55,237 bases of DNA from a virus (Duplodnaviria; Caudoviricetes). The DNA lies in IMG/VR virus record IMGVR_UViG_3300021964_000087, positions 1 through 55,237 of that record. One strand, 5' to 3'. Made by a program: the position numbers and the translations under genes. The notes below the pieces were generated by a model. It was not told the DNA's origin. It saw nothing but the letters and a program-made list of their open reading frames with translations, and did no database searches. Shown here in pieces: positions 28,103-37,900 of this stretch (position 1 is its first letter; the number at the start of each line of letters is the position of its first letter).

Positions 28103-29695
28103 ATGCTCAAAAATTTAAATAAGATAGTCATAGTAGGAGGCGGTAGTGCAGGATGGATGACTGCTTCCATACTAATAAAGTTTTTTCCAAATTATGATAT
28201 TTCATTGATAGAAAGCCCCGATTATCCTACCGTAGGAGTGGGAGAAAGCACGTTGCTTGGAATACGAAATTACGCAAATTTTCTAGAAATTGATGAAAAA
28301 GATTTCATGTCAAAAACAGATGCTAGTTATAAAATGAGCATTAAATTTACGGATTTTTATGAAAAAAATGACGGTGGATTTCACTATCCTTTTGGGTTTC
28401 CTCATCTAGAGGGAACAAATAGAGGCATATATGATTGGTTTATTAAGAAAGCACTTTATCCTGATACCCCTAATAATGATTTTGCAAGATATTTTTTCCC
28501 ATCAGCAGCGTTATACGAACAGAATAAATTTAGTAACAATTTAGATAACAAATTCTTAGGATGGGATCATCAGCATCATACATCCTATCACTTTGATGCT
28601 ACTAAATTTGGTAATTGGCTTAGAGATAACTATTCAATTCCTAGAGGAGTAAGATTAATTAAATCTACCGTTATTGAGTCAATTGTAGGTAACGATGGAA
28701 TAGAAAAATTAATTCTATCTAACGGTGAATCAATCAGTGCTGATCTATTTGTGGATTGCACAGGGTTTAAGAGTTTGCTATTAGGTAAAGCACTGCAAAC
28801 TAAGTTTAATGATTTTTCTCACATGCTTCCTAACAATAGAGCTTGGGCAACTAGGATACCATATAAGAATCAAGATGAAGAACTAGAACCTTTTACAAAT
28901 TGCACAGCACTAGGGAATGGTTGGGTATGGAACATTCCCAGTTGGTCAAGACTAGGAACGGGTTATGTTTACAGTGATAACTTTATCGACCCAGAAGATG
29001 CTAAAGAAGAATTTAAACAGCATCTAATGTCAGATAAAATGATTCATCCTAGATCGCAACAAGAAGTCGACTCGCTTGAATTTAAGGATATTCCCATGCG
29101 TGTGGGAATACACGACGAGTTGTTTGTGAAAAATGTTGTTGCTATTGGGCTGAGTGCTGGATTTATAGAACCCTTAGAATCGAACGGTTTGTTCAGCGTT
29201 CATAGTTTTCTAGATAAACTGATTAAGGTATTGCTTTCAGGATCAGTAAATCAATTTGATAGAGATTGTTTTAATGCTGCATGCAAAGGACAGTTTCAAA
29301 ATTTTGCTGATTTTGTTGCCATGCACTATGCATTTAGTAAAAGAAACGATACCGAATATTGGAAGGCAAATAACAATAGAGTATATGATCGAGAAATGAT
29401 AAATTTAAAACACAGTCATAACGGAGTGGGATTTTTTGATTATATGAATACCAAAAACTTCAGTAAGGATTCTTTAAGCACAGGCCTTGGATTAATATGG
29501 ATATCCACTGGAATGAATCATCATCTTGTTGATAGCATTGATGTATTAAATTGGCAATATGAGGAAGATGCTAATTTCAAAGAAGATTTTGCGGAGTTTT
29601 TTAATGATCGTCACGAACTCATAAAAAAAGTGTGGGAAGAAGCAAAACTCCAACCCACACTATACGAATATCTTAAGAAAAATATCTATAACTAA
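28103..29695 (+). CDS. Flavin-dependent halogenase, tryptophan 7-halogenase (PrnA)-like
   Basis: GGGSAGW, VGVGEST, DASYK.SI.F, YHFDA, VDCTGF, GWVWNIP, GFIEPLESNG; TATAAATA at 28069-28076. Confidence 0.92.
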   Translation: MLKNLNKIVIVGGGSAGWMTASILIKFFPNYDISLIESPDYPTVGVGESTLLGIRNYANFLEIDEKDFMSKTDASYKMSIKFTDFYEKNDGGFHYPFGFPHLEGTNRGIYDWFIKKALYPDTPNNDFARYFFPSAALYEQNKFSNNLDNKFLGWDHQHHTSYHFDATKFGNWLRDNYSIPRGVRLIKSTVIESIVGNDGIEKLILSNGESISADLFVDCTGFKSLLLGKALQTKFNDFSHMLPNNRAWATRIPYKNQDEELEPFTNCTALGNGWVWNIPSWSRLGTGYVYSDNFIDPEDAKEEFKQHLMSDKMIHPRSQQEVDSLEFKDIPMRVGIHDELFVKNVVAIGLSAGFIEPLESNGLFSVHSFLDKLIKVLLSGSVNQFDRDCFNAACKGQFQNFADFVAMHYAFSKRNDTEYWKANNNRVYDREMINLKHSHNGVGFFDYMNTKNFSKDSLSTGLGLIWISTGMNHHLVDSIDVLNWQYEEDANFKEDFAEFFNDRHELIKKVWEEAKLQPTLYEYLKKNIYN

Positions 29696-29701
29696 ACAAC
29701 A

Positions 29702-30679
29702 CTATTGCGGATATCTAATGATTACGATTCCTGAACCGCCTGTTCCACCGTTTGATGTTCCACCGCCCGTGTAGTAGCCACCACCACCGCCAGCGCCTCT
29801 GCCGTTGGTTCCTGATTCGCCGCCGCCGTTGGGTCTAAACTGTGCATCCGATGAGGAGCCTCTACCAGCGCCGCCTGGATGCCCGCCCTGTGTTGTGGTC
29901 CATGAACTCTGCGTTCCGCTGACGTGGCTTCCGCCACCTCCGCCACCTGCTCTAACAACAGCAGATCCCGAAATTGATGAAGATCTTCCTGAACCGCCCT
30001 GGCGTCCGTTAGGGTTTCCACCACCACCACCGCCACCACCGCCGGTGTGCGTTCCTGATCCAGTGCCGCTTGTGAGGTTTCCACAATTATAACCATTTGC
30101 GCCAGTATTGAACGTCGAACCAGTGTTTGATACTCCTGGTTGTGATGCTGGTCCGCCACTACCAGAGGGATCAGAGGGTCCAGTGCCGCCGCCTCCTGAG
30201 CCGCCTGACTGGCCTGTAGTCGGACCCTGCCATGATCCTCCTCGACCGCCGCCGTTGGCTGTTAAACCGTTAAATGTAGAATTTCCGCCTGCTGTTCCAA
30301 TTGGTGTGCTTGAATAGTTTGTTGAACCTTCACCGCCACCACCGACGCCAACTGGAAATGAACCTGCCGATACTGAGCTCGAGCCTTCAACGTAGCCTCC
30401 GGCTCCACCACCACCACCGATGCAGCCACCACCGCCACCACCGCCAATCAATAACCACTCTATATCAAGTGTTGCTGATTGTAGATGTGCCATGGCTGGG
30501 TTGTTGGCATGGGTGTTTGTTACCGTAAAATTGTGTGCTTCTTCTGTATTGGTAAACATGTGTATAACATATCCACCAGCAGTTATTACTGAGTTACCTC
30601 CAGTAACTTCAAATACATCTGAATTTTTTGTGCTTGCGGGCACATCATGGTTTTTTCTTAGTGAACTTATAAATGGCAT
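29702..30679 (-). CDS. Glycine-rich virion/tail-fibre-associated protein
   Basis: LLIGGGGGGG, multiple poly-Gly runs, and terminal GGSGIVIIRY typical of phage Gly-rich domains. Confidence 0.8.
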   Translation of the reverse strand: MPFISSLRKNHDVPASTKNSDVFEVTGGNSVITAGGYVIHMFTNTEEAHNFTVTNTHANNPAMAHLQSATLDIEWLLIGGGGGGGCIGGGGGAGGYVEGSSSVSAGSFPVGVGGGGEGSTNYSSTPIGTAGGNSTFNGLTANGGGRGGSWQGPTTGQSGGSGGGGTGPSDPSGSGGPASQPGVSNTGSTFNTGANGYNCGNLTSGTGSGTHTGGGGGGGGGNPNGRQGGSGRSSSISGSAVVRAGGGGGGSHVSGTQSSWTTTQGGHPGGAGRGSSSDAQFRPNGGGESGTNGRGAGGGGGYYTGGGTSNGGTGGSGIVIIRYPQ

Positions 30680-30698
30680 ATTTTGTCTCCGTTATACG

Positions 30699-31595
30699 TT
30701 ATGATACTGATAACGTTCCTCCTCCAGTGCTTGTAAATGTAAAGATACTAAATCCTGCCGCTGCACTTGGAGTTCCACCAGTTGCTGATGCGCTAAGATT
30801 CTTAGGAACATCCACAATGTTCCACTCATTAGTTGATCTCTTTCTTATGTAAAATTCTTCGCTTGTTGCAATAGTTCCTGTCTTGTTCAGAGTTACTCCG
30901 CCTTCTGCTGCTATTGTAACTGAGTCTGCTGTTGATGTTCTGTATATATATACCACCGCTCCTATTGGAAAGGCTGCTGTAGCATTACTTGGAATTGTGA
31001 GTGTTGCAGCAGTAGGATTATTCATAGTAACTACTTTGTCCTGATCAGTCAGTGCTAGTGTATGACTTGCAGTGTATGTCACTTCCTGTCTTAGTGATCT
31101 TACCGTTCCGCTAAATGTTCCTTCTACTGCCTCTAATCTTCCCGGATCCGGATAGTATTTTAATCTTGAACTTGCTGTTTTAACATTTAACAGTGTTCCG
31201 CTTGTTGCTAATCCAAAAATAGGATAGTTTGGATCTGTATCCGAAGAATCCTCAGCAATCTGTGCACCTGTTGTTACCCAACTAAGTGTTCCTGATGCGT
31301 TTGATACTAAAGATTGATTTGCTGCTGTTGCATCTGCATCCGGAAGTGTCCATGTTACATTTGATCCAACTGTGGCAGGAGACTTAAATGCAACGTAATT
31401 ACTGCTATCACTATCCGCAAATCTTAAATCGTTGGCTGATCTTATTTGTTGAGGACCATCAACGCTGAAAACACCAGTTCCTTCTGGATCAATTGTAATA
31501 TCAGTGTTGTCTACGGCTGTTAGTGTATTTTCAATGATGGTGAAACCACCCATTCCTGAACCACCTGCTATACCACCATGCTGTCTTCTTGCCAT
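30699..31595 (-). CDS. Tail-fibre-like structural protein
   Basis: TWTLPDAD...L.SNASGTLSW and TLALTD..KV..MN....TLTIP......FPIG fibre motifs. Confidence 0.7.
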   Translation of the reverse strand: MARRQHGGIAGGSGMGGFTIIENTLTAVDNTDITIDPEGTGVFSVDGPQQIRSANDLRFADSDSSNYVAFKSPATVGSNVTWTLPDADATAANQSLVSNASGTLSWVTTGAQIAEDSSDTDPNYPIFGLATSGTLLNVKTASSRLKYYPDPGRLEAVEGTFSGTVRSLRQEVTYTASHTLALTDQDKVVTMNNPTAATLTIPSNATAAFPIGAVVYIYRTSTADSVTIAAEGGVTLNKTGTIATSEEFYIRKRSTNEWNIVDVPKNLSASATGGTPSAAAGFSIFTFTSTGGGTLSVS

Positions 31596-31613
31596 TTTGC
31601 TTTCCTATTGTCC

Positions 31614-31946
31614 TTATGCTGTTGCTGTTTCAATACCCATAGCAGTCACTGAAACACCGGTGTTGCTTGAATAGACTGATAAAATCTTGCCAGCCTGTAA
31701 AACAATACCTGTTCTTTCCAATACACCACTTGGAGCAAGTGTTACATCGTATTCGATGAATTCTGCGTTTGTTGGTGCGCTTGGAGGTGTTTGCGTGGTA
31801 ATTGCTATTCTAACGGTAACATTTGATGCACCCCTATTTAACACGGAAAGTGCTGCTACTGCAAACGTATCCGAAGGGCAAGTATACACCTCAGTGTATG
31901 TTAACCCGGTTAGATCGCGCTGTGTTCCTAATATTCCTGTTGCCAT
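31614..31946 (-). CDS. Small beta-rich virion protein (family of three in this window)
   Basis: VYTCP...VLNR...IEYD..L....VLERTGIVL.AG..L.V. Confidence 0.65.
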   Translation of the reverse strand: MATGILGTQRDLTGLTYTEVYTCPSDTFAVAALSVLNRGASNVTVRIAITTQTPPSAPTNAEFIEYDVTLAPSGVLERTGIVLQAGKILSVYSSNTGVSVTAMGIETATA

Positions 31947-31967
31947 TTATTTGTTCTCCATAGTTAT

Positions 31968-34900
31968 TTATGTCAAAAAGTAGTTAAACGCTATTGGAAG
32001 CCCTGTAACTCCTCCTTGGAAATTAAATTTAGCCTGCATTTTAATTATATCGCCGGTTGTGGTTGTAATTTGATTATTGGCGATATAAACAAATCCAGCA
32101 GTTACGCTGTTAACATTAAGTGATGCACCACCGCCACCAATTTGTGAACTAATGTATGCCTTAATTGCTCTCTGCGTAGGAACAACACTATCACTGTTTG
32201 CAGTAAAGAACGGATCTGTTGAGAATTCAGTAATACTTGCTGAGCCTCCACCTAGTGTTACTTCACCCAGTGTAAGTTCCTGTAGTCCTGAAATATTAAA
32301 TGCATCAGCATTCAATGTTGCAACACCAGTTGATTGTTCAATTGTAAACAGATCACCAACTCTGAAGTTACCATCTTGGTCAGTTGTGGTGTAGAATACT
32401 CTACCTCCATCGCTATCTCTAGTTTCTTGAGCCTGGACTGGAACCTGTGTAGGTGTTCCTGGATAGTTAGTTTCAGTAAAGTTACCAGTTCCGATGTCTA
32501 GGAAATCGTGTCCTGTTAATCTAACCTGAGAATATCTAATCCTAGTAGTAACTGAAGTTCCGTCTGGTGGACTATCAAATACGGTTACGTTAGGTGCTAC
32601 CTGTAGGAATGCAGTGTATGATCCGTCATACTCGCCCAACAATGTAAGAACCTGAACCAATTTATAAACTGTGTTTGGTTTGTGTCCAAACACAACATTT
32701 GAACCAGGAACTGGTCTTTCTGTTAATCTTCTTACCGCAATAAACTGTCCTTCTTGTTGGAATTCTGCATACCCGTCTCCGGTATCTAAGTCAGCACTCG
32801 CACTAATGTAGCCTGTTCCTCTATTAGTCCAACTAGGTTGTGACAATGCTCCATTACCAATTTTAACTTCGGTAGGTGCTTCAAATGTATTATTCGGATC
32901 AGTAATAGTTATAGTTGGTGCTGTCGAATATCCTGAACCAGGTTCAAGCAGTCTAATTGCAAATATTTTATTTTCAGCAACTGCTGCTCTTGCTCTTGTT
33001 GTTGCACCAGCAAGTGTTTGGCTAGCCACCGTTCCAGAAGTGCCTGCTATTGATACAAAAGATCCTGATTGATTTGGATTTCCGTGAACACTGGCTACAA
33101 AACCGTTTGCGCTGGTGCTCATTGTTCTAGAAGTCCATAAAATACCGTCTTCTGATGTAGCACCCGTATTATCTGTATCAGTAACAGCAAGGAATACACC
33201 CTGTCCGTATGTTACATGAGTCCAGTCCTTGGATGCAGGAAGTGTTGTTTCAGTCCAAGTTGCACCGTAGTCTATGCTTATCGCTGCTTTAGTTCCCGTT
33301 GTATTAGAAACTGCAACAAATCTATTGTTACCCCACGCAACTGATGTCCAATCTGAACTTGACAATCCTGAGCCTGATGACCATGTATCACCATCATCAT
33401 CTGAGTATGCAACTGCTGTTCCGCCTGTTGCTATTACTACCCATCTTCCGCCACCGTATGCAACATCTGACCAAGTTGCTGAACTTGGTAGTGCTGTTGT
33501 TGCAGTCCATGTTACTCCGCCGTCTTCTGTAATTGCTGCATTAGTAGTTCCGCCTTCAATGGCCATCCATCTTCCGTCACCGTATGCCACTGCGTTCCAT
33601 GATCCTGTGCTTGGCAAGTTGCCGCCCGCAGTCCATGTTTCGCCGCCATCTTCCGAATAAGCAGTATCGTCAATTCCAGAACCGCCTGCAATCGCTATTA
33701 ATCTTGCTGCAATTGGTTTTGCTTCACCTGCTGTTGTTGTAAATGTTCCAGGACCCGTTGCTGTAAAGAATGTTCCTGCAAGGATTGAAGAAGACCCGAT
33801 CGATAACCAAGGTGTGTCGCCACTGTCTGTTATTTCGTAGGATCTACCAGTCACAAAATTTGTAGCAGTTTCTGTTATTGTTAGTTTTCCACCAGCAATA
33901 CTGGTCCAAGTAGTTGATACTGGAAGTGTTGTAACTGCTGACCAACTATTGCCGTTACCGCTGTAGTTTACAGTGTTACCACTTGCACTCGGAAGAGCAA
34001 GGAAATTTCCGCCTGCTGCATAACCAGCAATATCAACTGCTTGTATTTCTCCATTAACACTGTTTACTGAAGTAATAGTAATTGTTAAATCATTTGCAGT
34101 AGTTGCTCCGCCTAGCGATGTTCCTAAAATCGTTATAGTTTCAAGTCTAGAATAACCAGATCCGCCATCCTTAATCTGAACAACATACTTTGTTCCTTTT
34201 CTGAATATATCAAAAGTAGCATTTTCTCCGTCGCCTGTATATGTGCCAGGAATAGTATTTAAATAACTTGTGTATATAGGAGCATATGCAATATCTGCCC
34301 AAGTAGTTGTTGTTGTCAACGACCTAGCAGTCGAACTAAATGCTGGTGCGGTAAACGAAATCGCTGGTTCAATTGTATATGTTGTTGATGCATCCGGGGA
34401 AGCAATAGTTGTTCCTGGAATAAAGTGATCAAACCCGCTTGAACCGTCTGATTCTTTAACTATACCTGCAATCTTAGTTCCTGAATTGTATGAATCGATT
34501 ATACCATACTGTCCAACACCTGCGCCGCCTGTAAGTATTAATTTCATTCCTATGTATGCTAGACTAGTTTCCGAATCTGTTGCAGCAATGGTGACCGAAC
34601 TTGATGTTCCACCCTGTGCTGTATTTGAATTTGTGATATATCCAAACCCACCATAGTTTCCATCTGCTTCAGGAGCAGTTGTTGAATCGTCAACGTTATC
34701 AAGTAAATCAACAGTAAAGACTGCGCCGTCTCTAAATTCATCAGCAGTTGTAGCCGCATTAGCGCCTGCCCCAAATATTCCCCATGTAGCCTCAGTATAA
34801 TCTGATCCTGCATTGGTAAACTCAAGGCTCACAACCTCGTTGGCTCCGTCAGTAACTGTGTTGCCTATCGTTGCTTCGTATTGGAATTTGTTATCAACTA

Positions 34901-37900
34901 TAGCAGTTCCTGGAGTTTCATCTGCGTCAAAGCCTTCAGCAACAGAACCAAAGTCACCGTATGAGTTGTTACCGTTGGTTCCTCTAATTCTACCACCACT
35001 TTCTGCTAGATATCCAACATGTGAGTAGTATGTAAACACTGATACAAGTTCTGCTCTACCATTGTTAAGAATGTGAGCGCCAATACCGTCACTAATAACC
35101 TGTGTAAAGTCGTTTGATACGATCGAATCATTGCCGCCGGCATGTAGCGATCCGTCAATCTTTTGGCCAGTTGCTGCGTAACCAAACGTTGTATTGTTTT
35201 GAACGTAAGGTGAACGTGCAATAATCCAAGTTCTAAAGTCATCTGGTCCCCAACCTGGATCCAATGAGCAGTATGCACCTGCGGATACTCTTGAAGTTCC
35301 GTATTCGTTTTCTGGAAGGACATCACCGTTCAATCCATCCAAGGTTTGGTTTCTAATACCCGTTCCGTTTCTTAGATAATACATGTCTTCTTCTTGTGAT
35401 CCAAGGACTGCATTAGCATAGTATCTTGAAACATATCTTGATTTATAATTAGAAAGCCATTTAATATCCCATTTAAGTGCATCAATATATGTGTCTACGT
35501 CTCTCTGGCATAGAGTTTCGTTGTATGTAATTTCAACTTCACAACTACCGCTCGCTGTTGTTAGCGTCAACGGTGTATTTGAATTTCTAGTTTCAGAAAT
35601 TGTAAATGTCGTTGAACTTTTTACATCCTGAACATAGTAGGTAGTTCCTGCTGTAATTCCACCAAATGTAGTTCCTGTAAATTCAATCGCTGCATCTCTA
35701 ATTAACCAGTTTGTATTTCCGCTAACCGTAATTATATTAGTTGACGCTGTTGTATTTGTAACAGTGTCGCTGTATTCGTTATCGATGTATGCAGACATTT
35801 CTGCTTTTAGGAATGCTCTATTCTGCTCTAATTTTAATGAAGCATAATCTCTAACTCTTAAATCTGTTTGACACACGCTTCCTTCATTTGTTGATCCGTA
35901 GAATATAGTATCAAGTTTGTCCATTAGAGAAGCAACTCTTGCAGCCGCTGTTGCATTACTATTTAGATATGTTGCAGTATCGCCAGCAATTACTGTTGCT
36001 AGATATTGATATGCTGCTCTTGTTGCTGCCTTTTGTCCTAACGTATACACATCACTTGATGTGCTTCTCAAGTATGATAACCCTGCAATGTGTGTTGCAA
36101 AATCAGTTGATGCATTTCCCGACCCGTCACCTAACATAAAGTCAAACATTACTGCTTCAAGAATTAGTCTTGTATCTCTCTTACACTTGGCTTCGTTGTA
36201 TTCTAATGTAGGATATTCAGTTGAGATATAAGTATCAACCAGTGTTACAAGGGCCTCTTGCTGCGCATCTAAGGTCTCTGCAGCGGTGATAAGTGCTGTT
36301 GTTGAACTTACAGCATTCGTTACTGCTGGTAAATCTTCTTTGTGTGCAGGTATGCTTAACCCAGAACCGTCAACCAGCGTAAATGTAGATCCACCAAATG
36401 TTTCACTAATGGTCATTTCGTCAGTTGCTGGAACAGTAATTACCCAATATTTTTCATTTGCTACTAGATTTTTATCTGATTCAAGCGGAGTTATTGTATC
36501 ACCAACTTGTAGTCCGTGAGCTGCTGCTGTTGAAATAACGTTTGATGCAATATCTGAGATAGTAATACTCGGTAAATCTGCACCTGTTGAATCGCCAGCA
36601 AGTGTATTAAGAATAATATCAAAATTATTTTCTACAAACGTTTCAGCACCTGTGCCTGCATCTGTATTGAAATACTGCGAAACAGTTGATTGTAGTTCTG
36701 AAATATTTGTGTTTCTTACTACTTGGCTTAAAATACTTTTTAAATGTCTGTATGCTGCAATAGTTTGAGGAACCGTTGCTTCTGATAATGCCCTAACTGA
36801 ACTAGTTCCGTCCCAATATGCTCTTGCAGCATTTAAAGTTTGGAAATGTCCGCCATATGTTAGGTCATAACTTAATGCATCAATGATATATCCAACATCC
36901 TGTTTACATTTTGTCTTACTATATTTTAGTGTAGGATAGTTGTTGGTAATATATTGAACAATTTCTTCCTGGAAGAATTTTTTGTTTAGTGTAATATTCT
37001 TTCTCGCAGTTCCGTAGCCAACTAGATATGAACTGTTATATCCTGTAGGATCAACTAGTGTTGTTGTATGTTTTGTTCCAAGTCTAAAATCAACCTGTTC
37101 CTTCATAACATTTACAAGTTTAGCAACTACATCTCCAGTTTCACTATCGTCAGCCAATGGCCATGTTTGATCCTGTGCAGTTGTATTTCCTGAAGAAGGA
37201 GTTACGGTTGTTCCAGCAACCACTTTAGACGCAATGTCTGCAAAGTGATTAAATGTTCCAACAGTATAAAATGCATCAGTAATGTCCGTAGTTCTATCAC
37301 TTGCTGCTGCTGCCCTAACATTTGTAGATCTAACTTCGTCACCTAATATACATGTTTCTGCCGGAACAATAATTGGTAATACTTCTCTGTATTGTCCTGC
37401 TTTAACATTAATTAACACATTAGGAACTAATCTTTCTGGTATAGCACTAGTATCACCTGCTGTGATTGTGTCAGTAACAATTTTCATTAGTGCTGTAATA
37501 GTAGTCGTTACACCTGCTTCTGATGTGTAATCTGTATCAATGTATTGTGCTGCAACAGCAGATGAGTCACTACCGTCTTGGTAAGCAACTGCTGGTGCTT
37601 CGTTTGCTAAAACATTACCAATAATTGTTTGTAAATATGTGTAGGCTGCAACTGACTGTTCTGCTTCTGCTGCTAGACCTGCTCCGGCATAAACTTTATC
37701 TTCTGATGCGTCTGAAAATTCTCCGTCAGCACTAAAACCATTTACAAAAGAAAGTGCCGCTGCCCTTACTTTAAGATTTCCGCCATGGCCGATATCCCAA
37801 ATAAGTCTATCGATGATAAATCCAACGTCTCTTTCACACTTGTATTCATCATAATCAAATCCTGACCAAATTCCAGATCCTGCTGTAACCTGTGCTTCAA

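Noticed and set aside
29702-30450. GC-rich (CCA/CCG)n runs resembling a repeat array
   Set aside because: Explained by poly-glycine codons; there is no repeat-spacer periodicity, so it is not CRISPR.
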